DNA from: an uncultured delta proteobacterium
GTDB taxonomy: Bacteria > Myxococcota_A > Polyangia > Polyangiales > Polyangiaceae
Length of the DNA stretch: 64,000 bases
Direction: 5' to 3'
Assembly (NCBI GenBank): GCA_963841435.1
Contig: CAWJCS010000006.1
Coordinates: forward strand, 672,001 to 736,000
The notes under the pieces are model-generated. The model saw nothing but the letters and a program-made list of their open reading frames with translations, was not told the DNA's origin and did no database searches. The first letter of the stretch is position 1; every line of letters begins with the position of its first letter. Positions 29,283 through 39,245 of the stretch are shown piece after piece. The translations under genes and the position numbers were made by a program.

Positions 29283-30947
29283 TCAGCACTCCGAGGGCGT
29301 CGCCGTGGTCTCGTCCGACGGACCAAACCGGATCTCGCGTGCGGCAAGCGCTTCGCCGGTCATGCCCGGCGCGGGCTCGAAGCCCGCCGCGAAGCGTTCG
29401 GCCATGGCTGCGATCGTCAGGCTCGGATTCACGGCGAGGTTGCCGGGGATCACGCTGCCGTCGCACACATAGAGCCCGGGGTGCCCGAAGACCTGGTGGT
29501 CGGCGTCGATCACGCCCGTCGTCGGATCGTCGCCAATGCAACACCCGCCGAGGATGTGCGCCGTGGCCGGAGTCCTGAGCAGCGCCTCCGAGATCACGTT
29601 CTGCGGCTCACCACCGATCTCTTCGGCGAGGATTTCGGCGGCCCGCTGTGCGATCGGCAGATAGCTCGGAATGGCGCGGTCGGTGGCGTTGCCGCGCAGG
29701 CGTCTTCGGAAAAGTCCGCCGAGGCGCAGTTTCATGTGCTGGTCCACGGACTGCATGACGAGCAAGATCACCGTGCTCCTCGCCCAGTCGGCGACGCGCC
29801 AAAGCCGCAAAGTGGCTGGCAAGCGACGCAGCATGACCAAGAGCATCTTGAGCGGGCGCGTGAGCGCATTGCCGTCGGGCGTGAGCGGCACACCCAGAAG
29901 GCGCATGGCTCCCGACCCCGACGGGTAGCGGACGTTTTCGATCTTGGTGAGCGAGTTCGGGTGGAAGGCGGCACCGATGGCGATGCCGCGCGAGAGCTCC
30001 CGGTGGGCCTCGAAGCTCGTGGCACCGAGTAGGCTCTCGCCGTTCGTGCGCACGAAATCGCCGAGACGCGGTGAAATCCCGGGCAGCGTGCCGAGGGCGT
30101 CCCGATTCTTCAGCAAGAGCTCGACCGTGCCGAGCACGCCTGCCGCCACGATCACGCGTTTGGCTTCGAAGGTCTGGCCGCGGCGCCGCAGCCATGCCGT
30201 CGTGCGGCGGGTCTCGACCGAGAAGCCGCCCCCCTCGCGTGGCACGATGCGCGTGGCGCGCGTTTCGGGAAACACGCGCGCGCCGAAGCGCTCCGCGAAG
30301 TAGAGGTAGTTTCGGTCGAGCGTATTTTTGGCTCCGAACCGGCAGCCCACCATGCACCCGCCGCACAGCACGCAGCCGCTACGCTCGGGGCCCGCGCCCG
30401 AGAAGTAAGGATCCGGCGCGCGCTCGCCAGGCGTGCCGAAGTACACCCCCACCTCGGCGGGGCGAAAGCTCTCGGCACCTCCGAGCCGCTCGCTCACGCG
30501 TCTCAGCGCCTGCTCGCCTTCGAGGAGCGCTTCGTTCGTCGTCACGCCGAGCATGTGGCGCGCCGTGTCGTAGTGAGGCAAAAGCTCGCGCCCGAAGTCG
30601 ATGCCCCGCTTCCAGGCCGGGTCCTCGAACACGTTGGGTTCGGGCACCATGAGCGTGTTCGCGTACACGAGGCTTCCGCCGCCGACGCCCGCACCGTGCA
30701 GCACCATGACGCCCTTGAGCAGGGTGATGTCTTGAATGCCGAAACAGCGCAGGCGTGGTGCCCACAGGTAGCGGCGGATGTCCCAGTTCGTCTTCGCGAA
30801 ATCGTCGGCTCGGTAGCGCTTGCCCGCTTCGAGCACCGCCACGCGATAGCCCTTCTGAGCCAGGCGCATGGCGCTCACCGAGCCACCGAAGCCGCTGCCG
30901 ATGATCAGAAAATCGAACGGTTCGACGGGGGCTTCGGCGGGAGGCAC
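29283..30947 (-). CDS. GMC oxidoreductase, cholesterol-oxidase (ChoD)-like
   Basis: IIGSGFGGSVSAMRL, GVGGGSLVYANT, CVLCGGCMVGC, KNTLDRNYL, TAHILGG and NPSLTIAAMAER; start trimmed to GTG 30947. Confidence 0.9.
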   Translation of the reverse strand: MPPAEAPVEPFDFLIIGSGFGGSVSAMRLAQKGYRVAVLEAGKRYRADDFAKTNWDIRRYLWAPRLRCFGIQDITLLKGVMVLHGAGVGGGSLVYANTLMVPEPNVFEDPAWKRGIDFGRELLPHYDTARHMLGVTTNEALLEGEQALRRVSERLGGAESFRPAEVGVYFGTPGERAPDPYFSGAGPERSGCVLCGGCMVGCRFGAKNTLDRNYLYFAERFGARVFPETRATRIVPREGGGFSVETRRTTAWLRRRGQTFEAKRVIVAAGVLGTVELLLKNRDALGTLPGISPRLGDFVRTNGESLLGATSFEAHRELSRGIAIGAAFHPNSLTKIENVRYPSGSGAMRLLGVPLTPDGNALTRPLKMLLVMLRRLPATLRLWRVADWARSTVILLVMQSVDQHMKLRLGGLFRRRLRGNATDRAIPSYLPIAQRAAEILAEEIGGEPQNVISEALLRTPATAHILGGCCIGDDPTTGVIDADHQVFGHPGLYVCDGSVIPGNLAVNPSLTIAAMAERFAAGFEPAPGMTGEALAAREIRFGPSDETTATPSEC

Positions 30948-31024
30948 GGCCCGTTCATCATAGCGTGTGTGACGAGCCTTCGCCCCTCGCCGCAGCACTC
31001 GCGGGAGCGGATGGCGCTCGAGTC

Positions 31025-32164
31025 TCAGTCGCCGAGCTCGATGAGGTTGCCCGTTAGCATGAGCAGCGAGAGCACCGTCCAAGAGAGGTTGTAGTAGCGG
31101 CTCCGAGCCAGAAGCTTCCCGGTCCGGACACGCGCGTAGGCGGCGTCGATGAAATGCTGGTGCGCGGGGTCGTGCATGGCTCCCACGGCGGCGCAGCCGA
31201 CGAACACGGCCGACCCCTCGTTCGGCTGCACGGTCTTGGGATCGGGCAACGGCGTGCCGTCGAGCGCGTAACCGTCGCCGATGGCGTCGGCTCCGATGCT
31301 CGCGAAGAAAGCGCTCTGCCGCGCGAGGATGGAGCGCGCCCGCGGCTCACGATAGTAGGCGAAATCCTGGCCGAGCCGGAACGGCATGCGCGCCGAGTCC
31401 GTTTGATAGTTCGTCATCGCTCCCGGGAACGCTTCCACGGGAGCGCCGGACGCGGTGCACCACGCCGGCACGAGGCCGTTTTCTCGGTTCCTGCTCGTGT
31501 CGTTCAGGCTCGCTTCGAGCGCGAGATACCCTCGGTCCACGACCCGCTGCCAACCCTCGACGTTGCCGGTTGCCTCGCCGAACAGGCGGTAGGCACTCGG
31601 TGCGAAGTACGATGGGTTGAACACGTCGCGCCCACGCCACTCGTCGCCCGGCAAGAACAAGTCGGGATAGGCGGCGTGATCCACCTCGAGCCGATAGATG
31701 CGATCGATCTGGGTCTTGGCGTGGTCGAGATAGCTCCGCTCGAGCGCACCGCGGCCGCCCCATTGTCGCGACGCCATGAGCAGGGCCCAGGCGATGTCCT
31801 CATCGGCGTCGCTCGCTCCCCCTGTGCCGAGCGCTCGGGAGCCGTCCGGCGCCACGTACCAGGCCATGAAGCCATTTTCGTTCTCGAACTCGAGTGCGTA
31901 GCGATAAAGAGCGTCGAATAGCGGCTGATCATCGAGCATCACCGCGATCACGAGGCCGTACGCGACGCCCTCCGACACGGTGGAGTCCGGCACGCCGTCG
32001 GGGGTGTCCGGGCGCCGGGGGCGCAGGAAGCCCCGCGCGCCTTCGGCCGTCAAGATCTCGCCTCGGAAGCGGCGAAACGCAGCGAGGACATCTTCGTGGG
32101 CTGCCGCGCGCGGGTACGAAAGGTGCGACTGCCGTCGATCGTGAGGAAACGGAAAGCGTCCCAT
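31025..32164 (-). CDS. Glycoside hydrolase family 8, no signal peptide
   Basis: TVSEGVAYGL (catalytic E), ASDADEDIAWALLMA, NPSYFAP, NGLVPAWC and YQTDSARMPFR. Confidence 0.88.
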   Translation of the reverse strand: MGRFPFPHDRRQSHLSYPRAAAHEDVLAAFRRFRGEILTAEGARGFLRPRRPDTPDGVPDSTVSEGVAYGLVIAVMLDDQPLFDALYRYALEFENENGFMAWYVAPDGSRALGTGGASDADEDIAWALLMASRQWGGRGALERSYLDHAKTQIDRIYRLEVDHAAYPDLFLPGDEWRGRDVFNPSYFAPSAYRLFGEATGNVEGWQRVVDRGYLALEASLNDTSRNRENGLVPAWCTASGAPVEAFPGAMTNYQTDSARMPFRLGQDFAYYREPRARSILARQSAFFASIGADAIGDGYALDGTPLPDPKTVQPNEGSAVFVGCAAVGAMHDPAHQHFIDAAYARVRTGKLLARSRYYNLSWTVLSLLMLTGNLIELGD

Positions 32165-32172
32165 GCTGCTCG

Positions 32173-33063
32173 TTAGGGAAAATAGTCGACGGGGAGCTCG
32201 TCGACGCGCGGCTCGGCGCGGGGCACGACCACCCAGCTGTCGAAGTCGCCGAGCGGTCGAAAGCCGATGGTTCGATAGATGTGGTTCGAGGTCGCGTTGT
32301 TGCGGTCGGCGAACAAGAACACCGAGCGGCGACCGAGATCGAGCAGGCGGCGCGCGAGCGCGGCCGTGAGGGCCGTCGCGTAGCCGCGCCCCCGCGCCTC
32401 GGGTGGCGTGTACACCGGGCCGATGGTCGCGCCGGATGGCGTCCTGCGCGACGTCGCTGCGACTGAGCGCGGCCCGTCGTGGTCCCAGACGAGCACTGCG
32501 CCCGCGGCCACGCCGCTCGCGGCGGCTCGCGCGGGATCGGGTGTGTGAGGCAGCGCTGCTTCGCGAAAGAAGTCGTCGTAAAACCGGGCAACGATCGCCA
32601 CGTCGCCCGGTGCAGCGAGGCGTGGAAGGCCGGGTGGTGACACCGTTTCGTTGAGCTCGTTGAGCTCGTTGAGCTCGTAGACGGTATCGGCCATTCGAAG
32701 CATCACCGCATCACCGCGGTGCGCCGCGAGTGCGAGTGCGACGTCGCGACCGTGCTGACCCGGCCCTGAGGCACCGTCGGGAACCTCGCCGCGCTCGATG
32801 AACCACCTGGCAACGGCTGCCGCAGCCCCCTCGGGCAGGCGCGAGACCGTGACGTAGTGCGGTGCGGTGCGGGCCGCGGCTCCCACGATCTCGTTGCCGT
32901 TCGAGACGACGAGCCAGATCGTGCCGGGCGCGGGGTGCGGCACGCCGCGGAATCGGTCGGCGAGGCCGAGCACGAGGTTGTTCTCTGCTTCTCGCTGCAC
33001 GAGCAGCGCCCCAGCCTCGCTAAGAAGCTCTTCGGGACCGACATTCCGAACCGCGAACATCAT
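32173..33063 (-). CDS. GNAT-family N-acetyltransferase
   Basis: IGPVYTPPEARGRGYA (acetyl-CoA loop) and LFADRNNATSNHIYRTIGF. Confidence 0.88.
   Translation of the reverse strand: MMFAVRNVGPEELLSEAGALLVQREAENNLVLGLADRFRGVPHPAPGTIWLVVSNGNEIVGAAARTAPHYVTVSRLPEGAAAAVARWFIERGEVPDGASGPGQHGRDVALALAAHRGDAVMLRMADTVYELNELNELNETVSPPGLPRLAAPGDVAIVARFYDDFFREAALPHTPDPARAAASGVAAGAVLVWDHDGPRSVAATSRRTPSGATIGPVYTPPEARGRGYATALTAALARRLLDLGRRSVFLFADRNNATSNHIYRTIGFRPLGDFDSWVVVPRAEPRVDELPVDYFP
32648..32678. repeat. 9-bp tandem repeat inside the GNAT gene (ELN x3)
   Basis: tcgttgagc x3 plus a partial copy. Confidence 0.85.
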
Positions 33064-33188
33064 GCTCTCCTGAGCGTTCTCGACGCGTCGGTGGGCGCGA
33101 CGTGATGTGTCGTGACCTCGGGCCCTGGCCGGATGTCGAGCGCGTTCGGCGGACGGTCTTGGCTCCGCCGAACGCGCTTCGCGCTCGA

Positions 33189-33758
33189 CTACGCTCCGGA
33201 CGCGCTCGGCTCCGCGCCGGCGACGGCACGGGGCTCGGAGGGCTTCTTGGCCGGTGGGCTCGCTCGGCGCTTGGCCTTGCGGCGCCCCGCGGGCTTCGCC
33301 GTCCGGGTCGTGCCCGCGCGTCGCCGCTTCTGCGGCTTGCGCGAGGTCGCCGCTTTCGCGGGCTTCCCAGCACCGCCGGGGAAGTAGGTGGTGGCGCGCT
33401 TTTCACCCTTCGTCTTGATGCGCTTGTCGGCGACGAGCTTCTTGACGGGCAAAACCAGGTCCTTCGTCGGTACGCCCAGTGCCTTGCCGATCTGCTCGAT
33501 GCGCTGCCCTGGGTTCTTGGCGATGAACTGCCCCAGCCTGTCGACGAGCGCGGCGAGCACGTTCGGATCGCGCTTTGCCCCCTTCGGACGCGATTTGGCC
33601 CTGGGCACGAGCGCAGCCCGTCCGGGGAGCGCCCCCCGCGCTGCCTTCCTGGCGCCGAGCGCGGAGTCGAGCATGTCCACGGCGGAGGCGCGGATCAGCG
33701 CGACAAGCTCGGTTGCGAAGGCTTCGACTCGGGAACGAATGGCGGACTCAACTTGCAT
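33189..33758 (-). CDS. Basic winged-helix DNA-binding protein with Lys/Arg-rich tail
   Basis: N-terminal helix IRSRVEAFATELVALIR; NPGQRIEQIGKAL..KDL.LPVKKL....I.TKGEKRATTYF; K/R/P/A-rich tail. Confidence 0.75.
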   Translation of the reverse strand: MQVESAIRSRVEAFATELVALIRASAVDMLDSALGARKAARGALPGRAALVPRAKSRPKGAKRDPNVLAALVDRLGQFIAKNPGQRIEQIGKALGVPTKDLVLPVKKLVADKRIKTKGEKRATTYFPGGAGKPAKAATSRKPQKRRRAGTTRTAKPAGRRKAKRRASPPAKKPSEPRAVAGAEPSASGA

Positions 33759-33879
33759 TCAGGTGCTCCTTTGGGCGCATTCTCGCGCGGGAAGGGAGCC
33801 ATAGCGCTCCTAGACGCAGTTTTCCATCCCCCTGCACGCCAATCCGGCTCGCCAGGATTCGACTCCTGGACGGCGATCA

Positions 33880-34704
33880 TCAAAACGCGTAGCCGAAAGC
33901 CACCGACAGGACGATGCCACTACCGACGAGCGCTTTCACGTCGTCGTATGTTTCTTCGGAGCCGGATACATAGACCGTATTTTTGCGAAGCAGAATCGCG
34001 TAGCCAGCCGTCCCGAGGAATGTGAAGCCGCCGTCGCTCGTGTAGTTCACGCCGCCCACGAGCTGCACGAACGGTGATCCTTTCACTTCGACCGTCGCGG
34101 TGCCCTTTTGACCATTCACGTCGAAGGAGTTACCGCCGCTGCCGAGGCCGTACAGCATCCCAGCACCAATCACCGGCGTCCAATTGCCCTCTAGGAAATT
34201 GACGCGAAGCCTCAGCCCGACTTTCAACCCTGCCGCCGACAACCCAAGACCGGTGTCGATGGCGAGGGCGGGGATCGGGTGCGCACTGACGTTGAGCCCG
34301 AGCCCGGCGAGGCCATTCCATCCGAGCTCGCCCCCAATGCTCCAGCGTCGGCGTAGCCGGACCGGTCGAGCGTCATCCCGCTCGAGTGGCGGGGGCGGCT
34401 CGGACACGGGGGCCACTTCGACCGGGCCCGGTGGGGCGGTCGACGCCGGCGCTGCCGGTGCGGCTGCCGCCGTTGGTGCGGCTGCCGCCGTTGGTGCGGC
34501 TGCCGCCGTTGGTGCGGCTGCCGCCGTTGGCGCGGCAGGCGCCGCCCCGGCGGGCTCATCGACCGGGAGCGACCCGGTCGCGGCAGGCGGTGGACTCGGT
34601 GCAGGGGCGGGCGCGGCGGCCGGCGGTGGTGGAGGGGGCAGAGTTTGTGCGTGCGTGGGCGCCGCCAGCAAAAGGATCGAACCGAACCACCAAGATCGCA
34701 CCAT
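33880..34704 (-). CDS. Hypothetical outer-membrane beta-barrel protein with Pro/Ala linker
   Basis: Signal MVRSWWFGSILLLAAPTHA-Q; alternating strands; ends VAFGYAF; start trimmed to ATG 34704. Confidence 0.7.
   Translation of the reverse strand: MVRSWWFGSILLLAAPTHAQTLPPPPPPAAAPAPAPSPPPAATGSLPVDEPAGAAPAAPTAAAAPTAAAAPTAAAAPTAAAAPAAPASTAPPGPVEVAPVSEPPPPLERDDARPVRLRRRWSIGGELGWNGLAGLGLNVSAHPIPALAIDTGLGLSAAGLKVGLRLRVNFLEGNWTPVIGAGMLYGLGSGGNSFDVNGQKGTATVEVKGSPFVQLVGGVNYTSDGGFTFLGTAGYAILLRKNTVYVSGSEETYDDVKALVGSGIVLSVAFGYAF
34457..34528. repeat. Perfect 18-bp tandem repeat x4 (coding PTAAAA linker)
   Basis: ggtgcggctgccgccgtt x4 exact. Confidence 0.95.
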
Positions 34705-34953
34705 CGAAACGCTCCCGTTGGTCCTCCCGTTCGCCCGGTCCAGAGCGCGCGTAAAGGAAAAACGAAAGCATCGGCGGCACCGGCGCGCCTCGCCGCCAGG
34801 CCGTCCCTCGCGCGCTCGGCAGCGAGCGTCGGCGCTTTGCCGCCCGCGCCGCATGGGGTACGCCTCTCTCGGATGACGAGGAGCGAAGGCCGTCGAGCAC
34901 GCCTTCCGACCGACGACCGGCGCCGATGCGCGACCTAGCTCCGTTCCGCCTCT

Positions 34954-36831
34954 TTGCGTCGCGTTTCGGCAGCTTGGCGCGGCGCGCGAGCGACGTTCTG
35001 GGGTCGCTGGGTCGAGCGCGGGCGCCCGCCCTTCGGTCCGCGAGGCTGGGACGTCGCCGGCTGGCTCGCGGTCGCGTTCGTTCTCCTTCTGTTCCAAGGC
35101 GATGGGGTGGCACGGAGCTTCCGGCACACCGTGAAGTCTTATCTGATCAACAACGACGCCCGGCAGCAGATCTTTCCGTTCTTTCGCTACTTCGGTCCCA
35201 GCGCGTTCGATGGCGACTACATCTCGGACTACTACCTCGCTTGCTATCCCCTCGGGTACCGGGGCCTCTACGCGCTATTCGCGTGGTTCGGTGTCGATCC
35301 CCTCGCGCTCAGTCGGCACCTACCGCACCTGCTCTGGCTGCTCACGGTCGTCCTGCTCGGTGCCGCCGCGAACCGGCTCGGTGGCAAGCTTGCGGCCCTC
35401 GCGGCCATGGCCCTGGCGCTCGGGAGCAACGCCTATCTCTGGCGCATTGGCGGTGGCCTACCGCGGGGCTTCGGGTTCCCGATCCTCGCGGGCACGCTGG
35501 TCTCCCTCGCGTACGGCCGCGCGTTCTGGTGCGCGGCGTCAGTCGCCCTGGGTGCGCTGTTTTATCCCGTCTCTGCGGTGATCTCGGGTCTCAGCCTCGC
35601 GGGCATGGTGCTCGCGCCGAAGCTCGTCGGCCTCGAGCCGCCCTCCTGGAGCTGGCCGAGACGCGTGGCGTTCGTCGCGGGGACCGCGCTGCTCGCGGGC
35701 TGCCTCCTCCTGCCGACGGCGCTTGCTTCGAGTCGCTATGGCGGCGTCGTGCGACCCGACGAGACACGCGAGTTCCCCGAGGCCGGCCGCGGCGGGCGCT
35801 ACGACGAGGACAGTCGACCCCCGTTCAAGGGGTTTTTCGTGGGGGCATCCGAAATGGTCGGCCTGACGCTGCTCGGAGCGAGGCCGCCCTGGTCGCACAC
35901 CGCACGCGCCTGGCTCATGGGCAGCGAGGAACGGCGCACGTCCGAGCGCTTTTCGGGCCTCGAGGTCGCGCTCCTCGTCATGGCCCTCACGGGTGGCGCG
36001 GGCCTTTTGCTGCGTCGGTCGCCCGCCCGTCGCGTGCTCGCGCTCGGGGTCGCATCCTACGTTGGCCACGCGCTGGCGAGCGCCGTCGCACCCTACGCTT
36101 ACCTACCGGAACGCTACGTAGCGTATTCGGTGCCGCTGCTCGTCACGTTGATCGTCACGACGTTGATCGTAGGTCTCTTCCCGTTGTCGTTCGACGAGGG
36201 GCCTCGGCGGTGGGTGCGCACGCTCGTCCACGGCGCCTACCTCGCGATGCTGCTCTTTCTGCTCGCGGGCCGTGTCTCACCCGGCATCGGGATGGACGTG
36301 GACATCCGCTCGCGGCGACCCGTTCTCAAGTACGTGGCCCGACTGCCTCGGGACGTGCTCGTGGCGGGCTGGCCCACGGGTCCCGTCGAGGAGATTCCGC
36401 TCTTTTCGCGCCGCCGCGTGCTGATGAACGAGGAGGTTCATCAGGCGTTTCACAAGGGGTACGTCGAAGAGATGCGCCATCGGATGCGCCGTCTGGTTGA
36501 CGCGTACTTCGCGACTTCTTTGAAGCCGATCCTGCGCCTGCGTGACGAGCTCGGCGTGACACACCTCTTGATCCAGCGCTCGCACTTCGGCTCGCGCCCG
36601 CCGCGCTACTTTCGTCCCTTCAACCATTTGATAGCGCGACGTTTGAGTGCCGCGCGCAAAAAAGGTTTCGAGCTGCCGCGGCAAATCGAGGCGTCGAAGG
36701 TGTTCTCCTTTCGCGACTACGTCCTGCTCGATCTTTCGCGTCTCGAGCCCGGGGCCGCTCGTGATCGGTTCGACTCACGGGCGGGCCTCCGGCGACGACG
36801 CCGAAAATGCACGCGATGCCACCGGCGTTGA
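34954..36831 (+). CDS. Polytopic membrane protein, possibly a GT-C glycosyltransferase
   Basis: About 11 hydrophobic segments; loop after TM1 with NNDARQ..FDGDYISDYY..YPLGYRGLY; PERY motif; soluble C-terminal domain. Function is inferred. Confidence 0.6.
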   Translation: MRRVSAAWRGARATFWGRWVERGRPPFGPRGWDVAGWLAVAFVLLLFQGDGVARSFRHTVKSYLINNDARQQIFPFFRYFGPSAFDGDYISDYYLACYPLGYRGLYALFAWFGVDPLALSRHLPHLLWLLTVVLLGAAANRLGGKLAALAAMALALGSNAYLWRIGGGLPRGFGFPILAGTLVSLAYGRAFWCAASVALGALFYPVSAVISGLSLAGMVLAPKLVGLEPPSWSWPRRVAFVAGTALLAGCLLLPTALASSRYGGVVRPDETREFPEAGRGGRYDEDSRPPFKGFFVGASEMVGLTLLGARPPWSHTARAWLMGSEERRTSERFSGLEVALLVMALTGGAGLLLRRSPARRVLALGVASYVGHALASAVAPYAYLPERYVAYSVPLLVTLIVTTLIVGLFPLSFDEGPRRWVRTLVHGAYLAMLLFLLAGRVSPGIGMDVDIRSRRPVLKYVARLPRDVLVAGWPTGPVEEIPLFSRRRVLMNEEVHQAFHKGYVEEMRHRMRRLVDAYFATSLKPILRLRDELGVTHLLIQRSHFGSRPPRYFRPFNHLIARRLSAARKKGFELPRQIEASKVFSFRDYVLLDLSRLEPGAARDRFDSRAGLRRRRRKCTRCHRR

Positions 36832-37025
36832 CGCACGGTGAGCCCGTCCGTGCTGCATGAAAATTTCTAGCCTTGCGCGCGCGCTGCCCATTTCGTTCAA
36901 CAGACCGTGACGTCTTCGGGCGCCAAATGCGTCAACTGCAAGAGGCCCCCGATCGGGCCGGCGTCGGCTCCCTGTGTTGGCGGGCGCTTGGTGCCCATCG
37001 ATGAGTTCCGCGGGGCAGAGCAGAA

Positions 37026-38387
37026 ATGATAATATCCAGCATGCTTCGGACCCCGCTCGTCGTCGCAATCGTCCTCGTGGGCTGCAGCAACGGCAGCGGG
37101 GCCGAGCTCGGTGCCGCGGGCTCGAGCGGGACCGGTGCGGGAGGGACCGGAGTGGAAGGTGCCGGCGCCTCGGGCCTTGCAGGCGCTGAGACCGGTGGCT
37201 CGGCGGGCTCGCTCGCGACAGGAGGTGCCGGCGTCGGCGGGATGTCCGGTGGGGCTACCGGTACGGCCGGAGGAAGCGCTGGCGCCGGGGGCAGCGGTGG
37301 ATCGACGGCAGGCTTGAGCGGTGCATCCGGAACGGGCGGCGCGGCGGGCAGCGACGCAGGTGCGGCCGGTAGCATCGCCGCCGGCGCCGGTGGTGTTGCG
37401 GGCGCGGCCGGCGACGCGGGTGCAGGCGGTGCGACCGGCGGCTCCGCGGGGCAGGGCATGGCGGGCACGGGCGGGGACGCGTGCGACATCGCCGTCTACG
37501 ACCCCAACAACCCTCCGAAGATGCTGTCGCTCTCCGGCAGCCTCGGCACGCACGACCCGGCCGTGCTCCTCGAAGGCGGGACCTACTACCTCTTCGATAC
37601 GGGCCTCGGTGCGAAGACTTCGACGGATCTCTTGTCGTGGCGGCAGGGCTCGGCTCCGTCCCGTCCGAGCTGGGTTTCGCAGGAAGTTCCCGGCGCCACC
37701 AACCTGTGGGCCCCCGATCCGTCGTCGTTCGGCGGCCTGTTCCACCTCTACTACGCCGCCTCGACGTTCGGCAGCAACCACTCGTGCATGGGGCACGCCA
37801 CGCGCGCCAGCATGACCACGGGCTCGTGGACGGACGATGGCGAGCCCGTCCTCTGCTCGAACAACGGCACCAACGACAACTGGAATGCCATCGACCCGAA
37901 CGTCATCGTCGACGGTGACGGGACGCCCTGGCTTGCGTTCGGGAGTTTCTGGAGCGGCATCAAGCTCGTGAAGCTCGACGAAACGGGCCACCGTGCCGAC
38001 ACCCAGGTGCTTTCGATCGCGGGCCGCGGTGGCGGCGGCATCGAGGGGCCGTACATCGTGCGCCGCTGCGGCTACTACTATCTTTTCGTTTCGTTCGGCG
38101 CCTGCTGCAACAGCCCCTGGGACTACGACATCCGCGTCGGCCGCTCGCCGACCGTGACGGGCCCCTACGTTGACAAGGCGGGCACCGAGATGATGTCGGG
38201 CGGCGGCACGCTGCTCGTCGAAGGCAACGGCACGGTAACGGCGCCCGGCCACAACGCCGTGCTCATCACGCCGACTGGCGCGTACAACATCTATCACGCG
38301 CTCAACGCGAACCACGGGAGCGCCCAGCTTCGCATCGCCGAGCTTGCCTGGGACGAGGCCGGCTGGCCCATCTCGGCCGGCCCGTAG
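37026..38387 (+). CDS. GH43 endo-1,5-alpha-L-arabinanase-like lipoprotein with Gly-rich linker
   Basis: Lipobox VLVGC; ~130-aa G/A/S/T linker; HDPA, WAPD, NAIDP, GSFWSGI, IEGPYI and PGHN. Confidence 0.9.
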   Translation: MIISSMLRTPLVVAIVLVGCSNGSGAELGAAGSSGTGAGGTGVEGAGASGLAGAETGGSAGSLATGGAGVGGMSGGATGTAGGSAGAGGSGGSTAGLSGASGTGGAAGSDAGAAGSIAAGAGGVAGAAGDAGAGGATGGSAGQGMAGTGGDACDIAVYDPNNPPKMLSLSGSLGTHDPAVLLEGGTYYLFDTGLGAKTSTDLLSWRQGSAPSRPSWVSQEVPGATNLWAPDPSSFGGLFHLYYAASTFGSNHSCMGHATRASMTTGSWTDDGEPVLCSNNGTNDNWNAIDPNVIVDGDGTPWLAFGSFWSGIKLVKLDETGHRADTQVLSIAGRGGGGIEGPYIVRRCGYYYLFVSFGACCNSPWDYDIRVGRSPTVTGPYVDKAGTEMMSGGGTLLVEGNGTVTAPGHNAVLITPTGAYNIYHALNANHGSAQLRIAELAWDEAGWPISAGP

Positions 38388-38849
38388 CTACTCCGTGGGC
38401 CTGACGCGGCGCTCGCGGCGCTGCTCGCGTCCGATGAGTGCCGCGAGGTCGCTCACCTGGTCGTGCACGTAGTCGAGCACGTCGTCGAACGAGAGCACGC
38501 CCACGAGGACGCCTTCGGCTGACACCACGGGCACGCGCCGGACGCCCTTCGCGCGCATCGCCACGAGCGTGTCGGAAAGATCGTCGGACGATGTGGCTTC
38601 GAGCACGCCGAGGGTCATCACGTCGTCGACCTTGGCAAGGTGCAAAGCTCGGTCGGTTTGCGCGAGCACGCCCACGACGATGTCGCGGTCCGTGAGCATG
38701 CCGATCGGGCGAGGCGCCGTGCTCGGGCCGTCCACGACGATGACGCAACCGACGTGGCGATCGCGCATCAAGGCCGCCGCCTCGAACACGCTGTCGGTGC
38801 GGCGGACGGTGGCTGGTTGATGACTGGCGTAATCGCTGACCTTGGGCAT
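38388..38849 (-). CDS. CBS-domain pair protein
   Basis: RBS AGGAGG; EAAALMRDRHVGCVIVV, GMLTDRDIV, GVRRVPVV and GVLSFDD. Confidence 0.9.
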   Translation of the reverse strand: MPKVSDYASHQPATVRRTDSVFEAAALMRDRHVGCVIVVDGPSTAPRPIGMLTDRDIVVGVLAQTDRALHLAKVDDVMTLGVLEATSSDDLSDTLVAMRAKGVRRVPVVSAEGVLVGVLSFDDVLDYVHDQVSDLAALIGREQRRERRVRPTE

Positions 38850-38874
38850 GGGCCTCCTAACTTGATTCGGACGA

Positions 38875-38890
38875 AGCAAGAGGCGGACCA
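38875..38890 (-). promoter_or_regulatory. Putative sigma-54 (-24/-12) promoter of the CBS gene
   Basis: Minus strand TGGTCCGCCTCTTGCT gives GG-N10-GC, ~25 nt above the ATG, with AGGAGG in between. Confidence 0.6.
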
Positions 38891-39245
38891 GGCGGGCGCG
38901 AAGCTTGCACCGGCCGCCCCGAGCGGAGCACGTGGCGGAATCCGCCGATCGTCACTTCGCTTCACGTTTCCGCCATGCGCCAAGCGCCCACGAAGCCGCG
39001 CAGTGCCTGCGCGTCCCGACGCCGAGGTGCACGCTTTGCGCCCGGTGGGCCGCCCGCAATCCCCTTACCGACATCGCGGCATGGGAAGAAAAACATCGTC
39101 CCTTTTCGGGAATGCTCGTAAGCTCACCCGAGACGAGGAGAGAGGTAGCGGTCTCGGTTGGGCCCTGCGCTCTCCGGCGTCCACCATGACCCCCGACTAC
39201 CACAACGAGCCAAGCGCGCTTCCGTGGAGTGCGCGGTCTCGCTTC

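Noticed and set aside
33849-33876. tRNA T-arm-like hairpin ccaggattcgactcctgg
   Set aside because: The loop geometry is wrong and there is no D-arm, anticodon arm, acceptor stem or CCA. More likely a hairpin just after the stop of the minus-strand gene.
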